The notes under the pieces were generated by a model that saw nothing but the letters and a program-made list of their open reading frames with translations, was not told the origin of the DNA and did no database searches. A DNA stretch of 64,000 nt from the human T2T-CHM13v2.0 reference genome, Homo sapiens, in the NCBI RefSeq assembly GCF_009914755.1, contig NC_060927.1; one strand, given 5' to 3'. A program made the position numbers and the translations under genes. Shown one piece after another: positions 12,150 through 25,453 of this stretch (position 1 is the first letter of the stretch; every line of letters starts with the position of its first letter).

Positions 12150-15100
12150 AGACCTTGTGAAGATGGCAGATAGGAGGCAGGACTAGCTTGCAGCTCCCAC
12201 TCAGATGGACAGAGCAGCATGTGGAGACTCACATCATGAACTTTTGCTCCAAGAACTACTGCAGGAACATACCAAGAAAGCCAAAAGAATCCACAGACCC
12301 ACTGAAGGAATTGGATCACCACTGCAGGCTCCCTGAGACCCCAAAAACCTGTGAGTCAGCTTGCATTCTCAGCAGGGAGGCCTGTGGTCTGAGGCAAGTT
12401 CTCAGCCTGGTCACTGGCTGCCTGGAAATAGACGCAAGGCTGTTAGTGGGGCACAGTGGGAGTGAGATGGGCCTCTAGGACTGTGGGCTGCATTTGGGAG
12501 AGGGGTGAGGCCTGTGACTGTTGACTTTCCCCCACTTTCCTGGTGACCTGTGTGACTCAGCATAGGTAGCCATAATCCTCTCCTTGGGAATATAACTCCA
12601 TTGGACAGGGAACCACACCCCCATCCCCCACAGCAGCTACAGCAAGCCCTGCCCAAGGAGAGGCTGAGCTCAGACATGCCTATCCCTGCTACCACCTGGT
12701 GGTCTTTCTCTATCTGCCTTGGTAGTCGAAGGCAAAAGCAATAACCTCTTGGGAGCTCTATGGCCCTGCTCACCACCTGAGAAACCTGAATACTTAACCA
12801 GGTGTCCCTAGGGCAAGTTTACATCCTCCCTATAGGGCTGCAGCTGATGCACTCTTGAAAGTGTCACTTCCTGGCCGAAGGCCAATCAACACAAAACCAG
12901 CACACTGAACAAAAACACAACCAAAGGCCCTCACAGAGTCCACTTCATGCCCCTGCTACTTCCACCAGAGCAGTTGCTGGTATCCGTGTCTGCAAGATCT
13001 GAAGATGATCACATCACAGGACTCTTTGCAGACACTCCCCAGTACCAGACTGAAATCCAGTAGCTCTGCTGGGTGGCTAGACCCAGAAGAGCAAAAACAA
13101 TCACTACAGTTTGGCCTCTGGAAGCCCCATTCCTAGGGGAAGAAGGAGAACACCACATCAAGGGATCATCCCGTGGGACAAAAGAACCTGAACAGCAGCC
13201 CTTGAATTCCAGATCTTCCCTCTGACATAGTCTGCCCAAATGAGAAGGAACCAGAAAAACAATTCTAGTAATATGACAGAACAAGTTTCTTTAACACCCT
13301 GAAAAGATCATACCAGCTCACCAGCAGTAGATCCAAACCAAGACAAAATTTCGGAATTTCCAGAAAAACAATTGAGAAGGTCAATTATTAAGCTAATCAA
13401 GGAGGCACCAAAGAAAGGTGAAGTCCAACTTCAAGAAATCAAAAACATGATACAGGATACGAAAGGAAAATTCTTCAGTGAAATAGAAAGCATAAATAAA
13501 AAACAATCACAACTTCTGGAAATGAAGGACACACTCAGAGAAATGCAAAATGCACTGGAAGGTCTCAGCAATAGAATTGAACAAGCAGAAGAAAATACTT
13601 CAGAGCTCAAAGACAGGCTTTTGAATTAACCAAATCCATCAAAGATACAGAAAAAAGAATTTTTAAAAATGTACAAAGCCTACAAGAAGTTTGGGACTGT
13701 GTTAAACATCCAAACCTAAGAACAAATCGTGTTCCTGAGGAAAAAGAGAAATCTGAAAGTTTGAAAAACATATTTGAGGGAATAATCCAGGAAAACCTCC
13801 CCAGTCTTGCTAGACATCTGGACATCCAAATACAAGAAAGTCAAAGAATACCTGGGAAATTCACTGCAAAAAGATCATCTCCTAGGAACATAGTCATCAG
13901 GTTACCGAAAGTCAAGATAAAGGAAATAATCTTAAGAGATGTGAGGCAAAAGCATCAGGTAACATATAAAGGAAAACCTATAAGATTAACAGCAGATTTC
14001 TCAGCAGAAATCCTACAACCTAGAAGGGATTGGGGTCCTACTTTTAGCCTCCTTAAACAAAACAATCATCATCCAATAATTTTGTATCCAGTGAAATTAA
14101 GCCTCATAAATGAAGGAAAGACACAGTTTTTTTCAGACAAACAAATGCTGAGAGAATTTGCCACTACCAAGCCAGCACTACAAGAACTGCTAAAAGGAGC
14201 TCTAACTATTGAAACCAATCCTCAAAATACACCAAAACAGAACCCCCTAAAAGCATAAATCTCATAGGACCTATATAACAATAACAATGAAAAAAACCAA
14301 GTTATTCAGGCAACAAATAGCATGATTAATAGAATAGTACCTCACGTCTCAATACTAACATTGAATGTAAATGGTCTAAATGCTCCACTTAAAAGATACA
14401 GAATGGCAGAGTGGATAAGAGTTCACTGACCAAGTTTCTGCCATCTTCAGGAGACTCGCCTAACACGTAAGGATTCACATGGACACCAAAAGTGAGCAAG
14501 AGTAGCTATTCTTACATCAGACAAAGCAAACTGTAAAGTAGCAGCAGTTTAAAAAGACAAAGAGGGACATTATACAATGATAAAAGAACTAGTCCAACAG
14601 GAAAATATCACAATTCTAAATATACATGCACCTAACACTGGAGCTCCCAAATTTATAAAACTATTACTACTAGACCTAAGAAATGAGATAGATGGCAGCA
14701 CAATAATAGTGGGGGACTTTAATACTCCACGGACAGCACTAGACAGGTCATCAAGACAGGAAGTCAACAAAGAAACAATGAACTTAAACTATATCCTAGA
14801 ACAAATGGACTTAACAGATATTTACAAAACATTCTACCCAATAACTGCAGAATATACATTCTATTCATCAGTACATGGAACGTTCTCCAAAATAGACCAT
14901 ATGATAGGCCACAAAACAAGTCTCAGTAAATTTAAGAAAATTAACATTATATTAAGTACTCTCTCAGACCACAGTGGAATAAAATTGGAAATCAACTCCA
15001 AAAGGAAGCCTAAAAACCATGCAAATACATGGAAATTAAATAACCTGCTCCTGAATGACTATTGGGTCAAAAATGAAATCAAGACGGAAATTTAAAAATT

Positions 15101-18100
15101 CTTTGAACTGAATGATAATAGTGACAAAACCTATCAAAACCTCTGGGATACAGCAAAAGTGGTGCTGAGAGAAAAGTTCATAGTATTAAATACCTACATC
15201 AAAAATTCTGAAAGAACACAAATAGACAATGTGAGGTCACACCTCATGGAACTGGTGAAACAAGAACAATTCAAACCCAATCCCAGCAGAAGGAAAGAAA
15301 TAACAAATATCAGAGCAGAACTAAATGAAATTGAAACAAACAAAAAAAATTAATACAAAAGATAAATTAAACAAATAGGTGGTTCTTTGAAAAGATAAAT
15401 AAAATCTGTAGACCATTAGCGAGATTTATCAAGAAAAGAAGAGAGAAGATCCAAATAAGCTCAATTACAAATGAAATGGGAAATATTACAGATGATACCA
15501 CAGAAATACAGAAGATTATTCAAGGCTACTGTGAATGCCTTTATGCACATAAACTAGATAACCTAGAGGAGATGAATAAATTCCCTGAATTATACAACCC
15601 TTCTAGATTAAACCAGGAAGATATAGAACCTTTAAACAGACCAATAACAAGCAGCAAGATTAAAATAGTAATTAAAAATTTGCCAACCAAAAAAAGTCCA
15701 GGACCAGACGAATTCACAAATGAATTCTATCAGATATCCAAAGAAAAATTGGTACCAGTCCTATTGACACTATTCCAAAAGATAGAGAAAGAGAGAGTTC
15801 TTCCTAAATCATTCTAGGAAGCCAGTATCATTCTAATACCAATACCAGGGAAGGACATAACAAATAAAGAAAACTATGGACTAGTATCCCTGGTGAACAT
15901 AGATGCAAAAATCCTCAACAAAATACTAGCTAACTGAATCCAACAGCATATCAAAAAGAGAATCCACCATGATCAAGTGGGTTTCATACCAGGAATGCAG
16001 GAATGGTTTAACATATGTAAGTCCATAAATGTAATACACCACATAAACAGAATTAAAAACAAAAATCACATAATCATCTCAATAGATGCAGAAAAAGCAT
16101 TTGACAAAAGTCCAGCATCTCTTTATGATTAAAACCCTCAGCAAAATCAGCATAGAAGGGACATATCCTAAGGTAATAAAAGCCATCTATGACAAATCCA
16201 CAGCCAACATTATACTGAACAGGGAAAAGTAAAAAGCATACCCCTGAGACGTGGAACAAGACAAGGATGCCCACTTTCATCACTTCTGTTCAACATAGAA
16301 GTCCTAGGCAAGCAATCAGACAAGAGAAAGGAAAAAAGGGCAAATTGGCACAGAGGAAGTCAAACTGTTGCTGTTTGCGATGATCCTGGAAAACCCTAAC
16401 GACTCATCTAAAAAGCTCCTAGAACTGGTAAATAAATTCTGCAAAGTTTCAGGATACAAATTAATGTTCACAAATCAGTAGCTCTGCTATACACCAACAG
16501 AAACCAAGCTGAGAATCAAACCTAGAACTCAACCCCTTTCACAACAGCTGCAAAGACAATAAAATACTGAGAGGTGAAAGACAAGAAAAGCTACCAAACA
16601 CTGCTGAAAGAGATCATAGATGACACAAGCAAATGGAAGCACATCCCATGCTCATGTATGGGTAGAATCAATTTTGTGAAAATGACCATACTGCCAAAGG
16701 AAATCTACAAATTCAATGCAATTCCCATCAAAACACCACCATCATTCCTTCACAGAACTAGAAAAACAATCCTAAAATTCTTGTATAACCAAAAAAGAGC
16801 CCACATAGCCAAAGCAAGACTAAGCAAAGAGAACAAATCTGGAGGCATTACATTTCCAAAATTCAAACTATATTACAAGGCCATAGTCATCAAAATAGCA
16901 TGGTACTGGTATAAAAATAGGCACATAGACGAATGGAACAGAATAGGGAACCCAGAAATAAAACCAAATACTTATAGTCAACTCATCTTTGACAAAGAAA
17001 ACAAAAACATAAAGTGGGGAAAAGATACCCTATTCAACAAATGGTGCTGGGATAATTGGCAAACCACATGTAGAAGAAAGAAACTGGATCCTCATCTTTC
17101 ATCTTACACAAAAATCAACTCAAGATGGATCAAGACTTAAATCTAAGACCTGAAGCCATAAATATTCTATAGGATAAAATTGGCAAAACCCTTCTAGACA
17201 TTGGGTTAGGCAAAGTCTTAATGACCAAGAACCCAAAAGCAAATGCAACAAAAATAAAGATAAATAGATGGGACTTAAGTAAGCTAAAAAACTTCTGCAC
17301 AGTGAAGGAAATAATCAGCAGAGTTAACAGACAAGCCACAGCATGGGAAAAAAATCTTTATAATCTATACATCAGACAAAAGAGTGATATCTAGAATCTA
17401 CAAAGAACTCAAATAGGTCATCAAGGAAAAAACAAACAATCCTACCAAAAAGTGGGCTAAGGATTTGAATAGACAATTCTCAAAAGAGGATATACAAATG
17501 GCCAGAAGCATATAGAAAAATGCTCAACACCACTAATGATCAGGGAAATGCAAATCTAAATCACAATGCAATGCCACCTCACATTTGCAAGAATGGCCAT
17601 GATTATAAAATAAAAAAAAAAAATAGATGTTGACAGGGATGTGGTAAAAAGGGAACACTTTTACACTGTTGGTGGTAATGTAAACTAGTACAACCACTAT
17701 AGAAAACAGTGTGGAGATTCCTTGCAGAACTAAAAGTGATATACCATTTGATCCAGCAATCTCACTAGAAGGTATCTACCCAGAGGAAAAGAAGTCATTA
17801 TATGAAAAAGATACTTGCACATGCATGTTTATCACAGCAGAATTTGTAATCTCAAAAATATGGAACTGGCCCAAAAGCCCAACAATCAACGAGTTGATAA
17901 AGAAATTGTAGTATATATATATATATATACATGGAATACTACTCAGCCATAAAAAGGAACAAAATAATGGCATTCACAGCAACCTGCATGGAATTAGAGA
18001 CTATTATTCTAAGTGAAGCAACTCAGGAATGAAAAATCAAACATCATACGTTCTCATTCATATGTGTGAGTTAAGCCATGAGGATGCAAAGGTGTAAGAA

Positions 18101-18303
18101 TGATACATTGGACTTTGGACACTCAGGGGAAAGGGTTGGGCTAGCTAGGGATAAAAGACTGCACATTGGGTACAGTGTACACTACTCGGGTGATGGGTGC
18201 ACCAAAATCTCAGAAATCACCACTAAAGGACTTATTCATGTAACCAAATACCACCTGTTCCCTAAAAACCTATTGAAATAAAAAAACAAAAAAATAAATA
18301 AAA
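12150..18303 (+). mobile_element. Full-length, inactive L1PB (L1PB1-like) LINE-1
   Basis: 5' UTR starting aagatggcagataggaggcagg. ORF1 remnants 13240-14258 (KGKPIRLTADFS). ORF2 EN/RT remnants from 14322 ([18 protein letters not shown]) with stops and frameshifts. 3' end aaatcaccactaaag...cctattgaaata plus A-tail; TSD at 12134-12149 and 18385-18400. Confidence 0.93.
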
Positions 18304-20237
18304 TGTGTTTATGTGCATCAGGAATCATGTATAAAAATGTTTATCACCACATTATTCATAATATACAAAGAATGAAACCAAAAGAAGAATCGTAGAAATA
18401 GAAAATTACCGTCGCATAATAATTGTTGCAGGTAAGATTCATCAGTGCATGCTAAAGTTAGTTGGCAAGTTGTGATATGAAGCATAATATCTTCATAACC
18501 TCAAAATGTCTCTCCACAAGACACTTAAAAATTACAAGGGGGAAAAATAGAAACTTTACATAGAGAAATCTGGCAGACACCAATTTTATGAAGGGATCAA
18601 AGTTCACATCACCATCATAAGATGTATCAACATCATGTACCTTTTGAGATGATGCACTAGAAAAGACGAACATCACTTTTGTGATATTCTTGTCTTTAAT
18701 TCTGTCAATTGAAAAATAAGACAATTACTAATTGAGGGGTATTCCAAAAATAAAAAACAAAATTGGCCAGTAGTCTTCAAAAGAGTAAACGTCCTGCGAA
18801 ACAAAGAAAGACTGAGAAGCTGTTACAAATTGGAGGTAAGGAGACATAAAAACAAGTACGATTTATCATCAGGGATTAGATCCAGAACCAGAAAGAGAAC
18901 AATTGGTAAAACTGAAATAAAATTTAGAGATTAGTTATTAATTTCTTGATAATTGCATTGTACAGTGTAACTTTACATTAGTGGAAACTGAATTAAGATA
19001 TATTGAAACTCTGTACTATTTTTTTGCAACTGTTTTGTAGGTCATGTATTAGTTCACAATAAAAAGTTTAAAAAATGTAGTGAGTTCCTAGTCACTTGAG
19101 TTCAAGTAGAGTAACCAAGAAGAGATTTAAGCCACAGCTGGGTCATTTCAGTACACAATCTTTTAGGTTTCTTAAGCCAGGAGACTTTTATGAGAATGTT
19201 AACAGAATTCTTAGCTAACAGATAAATTATATGATTCCACACAAGCTTTGATCCAATGCTAATTCCCTTCAATTTGTAGAACGTGAGCAGTTAGAGCTAT
19301 TTTACTCATTGCAGCAAATGATGCATGCTGTGAAGATCACAAAATGTACTATGAAATATCTGAAGTAGTTTAGAATAAAATTCCCTTAGGTTCAACTTCC
19401 AAGATTTTATATACTTGAGAACAAATTTATATTCATGGGTGAATTTTCAGCCACACTTCAAATAGCCACTCTAAACTATACCAGATAATGACACAAAGGG
19501 CTGAAACAATTAAATTGAGGTTAAAGTTATGCTGTGAAGTGGAGAAAAGCAGAGCGCATGCAGTACATGCAGCAGGACTTTTTTTGGTTTGTATGTTTTT
19601 GTCAAAAGTAAAAATATATGCATAGAAAACAGCCAGATATTTTATACAACAAAATGTAAACAGTGGTTAACTCTGGGTAGGTGGAAGTGAGTTTTTTCTT
19701 TGCTTATCGGCAATTTCTAGATTTTCTACAATAATTATAAGTTAGTTTAATAATTATAAAAACAATAAAGTTTGTACTTTTAAAAAACTAGGCAGTGTAG
19801 CAAATTTTCAATTTTCTGAACAGCTAGTAATAAACTAAGCACTTCAAACAAATGGATGTAGTCAAAAATAAAGTATATTCCAGATGATTATTTTTGTTAA
19901 GATGACTGGGTGGAGGCTATAAATAGGTTTTAAGTGGATTTTTTCTAGTATGGTCATTTCAGTTAAAATGTCAGAAATTACTCAGAGACAAGTTTAGGCA
20001 TCTTCATTTTAAGCTAATAATATAACAGAAAACAGCAATACACTGTTCTCGTTTTTTAAATAGTTTATTTTTTAAAGTGAAAAGAAAAGATGCACAGTTT
20101 TTAGGAAGAGGAAAAAGATACCCGTATTGAGTATTTTCTTCCAGCCTTATACTTTATGGGTCGTATATTAAATAGAAAGAATTAATTTTGCCCTGCACTT
20201 CAAACTCATGCGCATTCTCTAGCCATTAGAATCTAAA

Positions 20238-20448
20238 GCAGCACTTTAAAATTTTTAATGTGCATATTAGCCCACTGGGGGATTTTGATTATAGGTCTGA
20301 GGTGGGACCTTGGTTTGTACAGAAATCATCTGGAAGCTTATTAGGAATGGAGAATCTTGGATCCCATCTCATACCTAATCAATCAAAATCTGCATTTTAA
20401 TAAGATACCAATTTGACTCGTATGTACACTAAAACTTGAGAAGCTCTG
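20238..20448. mobile_element. MER5-type hAT remnants
   Basis: aatcaaaatctgcattttaataagat...aaacttgagaagctctg motifs. Confidence 0.6.
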
Positions 20449-21920
20449 ATCTAAAGAGCTCAAAATAGTCTAGCTGGCTTTTGGATTCTGTAGTTTCCTA
20501 TGAAAATTACTTAAATAAATAATAATATTTTAAAAATACTATAGAAACCAACGCTGCTACTAAACTCTGTTAACAACTGACACAACATAACTTTAGAAAA
20601 CTCTTTTTAGAGAGCTAAAACATTTTCCTTAAAATGAAAATAAAATTTCCTCGATTCTCAGGCGACTTTAAAATTAGTTCTTGTTGGCCTTATTTATCCT
20701 TTAAGCTAAGTGGTTATGTAGTAAATTTAAACACAATTACCTCCCTCTGCTTTGTCTCTCATTTGAGAGGGAATATTTCAGAATCTGTTTTTAAAACACC
20801 CTACTGGCAAAATGGAGGACCTTGCACCTTACAGATCCTATAATGATAGGATTGTAAATAGATTAAAAGTTTCAGGATATCTATGTTTTTGATTCACAAA
20901 AATAAATGAGTGAGTTTCTGGAACTCTAAAACAAAACATTAAAAGGAAAGAAAATGGAATCCAGGGTAATTTTATGAACTTGGTATTAAAAGAGAAAATA
21001 GAGTGATCACCCACAAGCCAGCCAATTATTTTATAAGTCCAATTTTCTTTATTCATAGATGACAAAATGTGGGGTTCTAGAAAATTATCATTTCATTTCA
21101 GAAAGAGTCATACTGGTGGCTATCACATTAAGACTTTCTAACTAAAAAACTCTGACGTTTCTTACTATTTCTTCTGAACTTTCAAAATGGTAAACTGCTT
21201 AGATTTCTACTTATTAGGGGTTCAAAAAGAAGTAATTGTGTGGCCATGTTTAAATTGAATTTCAGTCTTATGAATACCTTCAATTCTTGTAAATTTTATG
21301 GGATCACATTTAAATCTACTGAAGCCATTGTATTGCCATAATTTCTACACCTTAACCTTAATTTGATGATATTCTCACTCCTACCAGGACTTCCAAGAAA
21401 ATATTCTGAAAATTGTTAACATAAACTTTAATTAAAAAAAAGCATATTGTAGAAATAAAAGAGAGCTCACTAAATATGTTTAAAATCAAATCTGCTTTTA
21501 AAATATCCTGAGAACACCTACTATTAAATGTAGTACCATTAGATACAAACTGATAAATTGAGCCTAAGTGTTTGAAAGTACAACCATAAAACAATCAAAA
21601 GAAGTAGTGTTTTTATAGAGTAACTGCTGTGTCTACCACACAGTTTAATGCATCACTATATAAGATACATATGTTAACATTGCTTTGAGAGCAAAAAACG
21701 GCACTGGGAAGAAAAAGATAAAAATGAAAGTCCTTTCTAAGTCATCATTCACTTCCATGTAATATTTGCTGCTGAAGAAAAGGGTAAGAATTAAAAGTTG
21801 TTTTAGTCTTAGGAAAAGTCCTCATAAGGTTTTCAGTCCTAAATGTGTTTTTGCTAGCATTTTAAATTACAATGTGAACATTTTAAACTTTGTGATTTAG
21901 AATGTTTTGTAGAATTTTGT

Positions 21921-22797
21921 AAACAAATTTACAAGAAAAAAACAAACAACCCCATCAAAAAGTGGGCGAAGGACATGAACAGACACTTCTCAAAAGAAGA
22001 CATTTATGCAGCCAAAAGACACATGAAAAAATGCTCATCATCACTGGCCATCAGAGAAATGCAAATCAAAACCACAATGAGATACCATCTCACACCAGTT
22101 AGAATGGCAATCATTAAAAAGTCAGGAAACAACAGGCGCTGGAGAGGATGTGGAGAAATAGGAACACTTTTACACTGTTGGTGGGACTGTAAACTAGTTC
22201 AACCATTGTGGAAGTCAGTGTGGCGATTCCTCAGGGATCTAGAACTAGAAATACCATTTGACCCAGCCATCCCATTACTGGGTATATACCCAAAGGACTA
22301 TAAATCATGCTGCTATAAAGACACATGCACACGTATGTTTATTGTGGCATTATTCACAATAGCAAAGACTTGGAACCAACCCAAATGCCCAACAATGATA
22401 GACTGGATTAAGAAAATGTGGCACATATACACCATGGAATACTATGCAGCCATAAAAAATGATGAGTTCATGTCCTTTGTAGGGACATGGATGAAATTGG
22501 AAATCATCATTCTCAGTAAAGTATCGCAAGAACAAAAAACCAAACACTGCATATTCTCACTCATAGGTGGGAATTGAACAATGAGATCACATGGACACAG
22601 GAAGGGGAACATCACACTCTGGGGACTGTTGTGGGGTGGGGGGAGGGGAGAGGGATAGCACTGGGAGATATACCTAATGCTAGATGACGAGTTAGTGGGT
22701 GCAGCGCACCAGCATGGCACATGTATACATATGTAACTAACCTGCACAATGTGCACATGTACCTTAAAACTTAAAGTATAATAATAATAATAAAAAA
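21921..22797 (+). mobile_element. 5'-truncated young L1 (L1PA2-like), about 880 bp
   Basis: Open ORF2 C-terminus ([10 protein letters not shown]...IFSLIGGN). 3' UTR has gatgacGAGttag (not the L1HS ACA/ACG), gagatcac and cacaatgtg; (TAA)n/A tail. Confidence 0.9.
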
Positions 22798-25004
22798 GAG
22801 GTCACTATTCAACTTTGACTTTCAAAAAAAAAGAACCTTTTTAATTTAAAATTTTGTATTTGTGTTTAAGGCTAACCTTAAAGACCACAGGTACTTTTAC
22901 TAAGGGAAGGTTATACAAAAAATGTCAGTCTGTGGTTTAGGATTTCTTCCTGTTGTTTTAAAATTTATGATAGTATTTTATTTAATTTTAATTAGTCCCT
23001 GGAAATAAAAAGTTTTACCTTTCCAGAATATTGTATTATCCATCTTTTACCACTAATCATTATTTTTCATAGCGACCATTTCAGAGAAGTTTCCTGAAAG
23101 ACTTGATCATCACAGTTGTTTAAATATCTATATTTAACAAGTCAATATTTATAGCTGAAAGATACCTGGATTGATCAAAGTTTTATACTTTACATAAATC
23201 ATTTTAATTTTCGATTTAAAGAAGATTGTGGGTAAGTTGTTCTTCATCATTCTCCCAGGACAATGTACTTATGTGCAAGCAGTGTCTGATTCTTTCACGT
23301 TTCTAGTTATAGTTATTTGACCCTACTTTCCAAACTATAACCAAGGCTTTTAAATGAGGATGTTAAGTTGTGGTATTTTAGATAATAATTTCCATGGTTT
23401 TGATGAAATAAATAAGAAAATTGAGCTTAGTCATGTTAAATGAACAAAAGCAGGCCCCAGAAGACTATATATAGCATGATACCATCTTTAGAAGGCTCAA
23501 AATTAGCAAAGCTAAACAATATAGTATGTTAGAAGTACATACATTTGTGATAGAAGAATACAACAAAAAATATGAGTAAGATTCAAGATAGCTGTAATCT
23601 GTAAGGGGTAATCACGAGGATGATATAGGTGACTAGCACAGAAGGTAGTTACAAGTTATTGGGATGGACACACACACACATATATGCGCTTCATTATGAA
23701 TATAACTTAACAATTTCTAAGTGCAACACTAAGAGGTTTACATTATTCAGGAGCAAATTGGCGATGAAAGTGTTGGAATTCCCCTCTTAGCTAGGGAAAC
23801 ACATTTTTCCTAAACATATGGAGCGTTGTGTTCTTTGGCCTCCACCTTTTACTGTACTATTTAATTTATGACAAATATTTAGTGATATTTTCCTTTGATT
23901 TCTAAACTCTAAACATATGCACAATTGTCTCTTTGTATAATATATTTTGTACACCTTATTTTACTATTCAACTCACTTTTAAAACAATGGTATCAGGAGA
24001 CTAGTAGTTTTATTTAATCAATGAGAATAAAGAAAATCTCAAATTATTCTGCTCATATTTATAGTTGGTGTTATATGATCATACTTTTGATCAATGAGTA
24101 CATTACTCCTAGCAGTGTATTTATTTCTAAAATAATGCTTTTGATTCCAGAGATTAGGTGCATGTAGATTCTGATTTCCATTAACTCATGTAGAAAAAAG
24201 ACTCCTTTTTCCTAGGAAATCAATAGTGTGGAAAGCAAGGGCAACTTGATTATCACATATGAGAGCTTGGGGAAAGAAAAAATCTCATATCAATATCACA
24301 CTGCCATTTCAATGAATAAGAAGGATCCCTCACCATTTTTGGAAGGCTGAGATCTAGGAAAGGATGAGAAATTCATGTGCAAATTCTTTTAGTTTTATAA
24401 AATATTATAAAATGATTCTTCCATATTTAAGGAGATGGAACATTCGTAAGGGCTTGCAAATGCTCACGAGAATGTATTCTGTAATATTTTTTTTCTGCTG
24501 GGTACTGGAGGGATTAGTTCTAGTAAGACTGATAGGCAAGCTGCCTAATATACTTTCAACAGAACAACACTTCTCACTGCTAGTTGTATAAATATTTGCC
24601 TTTACATGAAAAAATAAAACTTCCCTTGGAGACTTAAGGTATACCTTTGGAATGGAGGAGGGAAAAATAAAATATACAAATTAAATTAATTTGGACCATG
24701 AGTTCTGCGAATCTAATCTGAATTTATGCAGGTTACTTGAGGTTAAAAAAGAATTCCCTACCCTTCTTAAAGAGCCTGTTTAACTCTTCCTATTATAAAA
24801 TGTATAGATTTTAAACTGATTAAAAGAATTAAAAAGTCCTTCAAAAGAGACCTTGAAATAAAATTAAATAGCATGGAAATTAATTGAGGCAAGTGAAGTT
24901 AATGTTGGGCTTGATTGAATAAAACAAACAACTGATAATGTTTTTCATGACTATCATATTTAGTATCACTTTCAATTTAACAGCAAGAACAACTTTTACT
25001 GTAC

Positions 25005-25453
25005 CTGACGAGGGGTTCTTTCTGATTTACTCCTACACCACTCCCAGTCTGAAAGATCTGGTTTCTGACTCTCTTCATGAGACAGTCTTCTTTCTGGCCC
25101 TTCAGAAAAGGTAGTTTCTTCATAGTTAATATCACCTCCTGTTTTGTCAGAAAACGCATCCTTTTTGTTGTTGGAATCCTGTTTAGCTTCTGTAATATCA
25201 GTATTTGTGCATTTGTTGATGCCTCTTTGTGTGGAGCTGTCCAGAGAGGGCGTGGTGCTGATTTCTACTTTTATAGCATTGAAGATGTTACGGTTGTCTC
25301 TCTGAGGGTCTTTTGTAGTTTCACACTCAGAGTTCATCAGGTTGTGATAGAATATGGAATTTTCATCATCATCATAGTAATCTTCATGTGCTATTTTATA
25401 AATCCCATAACTTTTTTGGAATGATAGATTGAATTCAAAGCCTTTTCTCTTGA
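25005..25453 (-). CDS. GPR149: GPR149 coding exon 3 (449 nt; cytoplasmic C-tail)
   Basis: Acceptor tttttactcag|TCAAG completes the phase-1 codon (A|TC = Ile, [12 protein letters not shown]...). The frame is open to ...ERTPRQ with donor CAG|gtacag (phase 0). No stop inside the exon, so another exon must lie outside the window. Confidence 0.92.

Noticed and set aside
25077-25424. 115-aa antisense ORF over exon 3
   Set aside because: Shadow ORF of the coding strand with no independent support.
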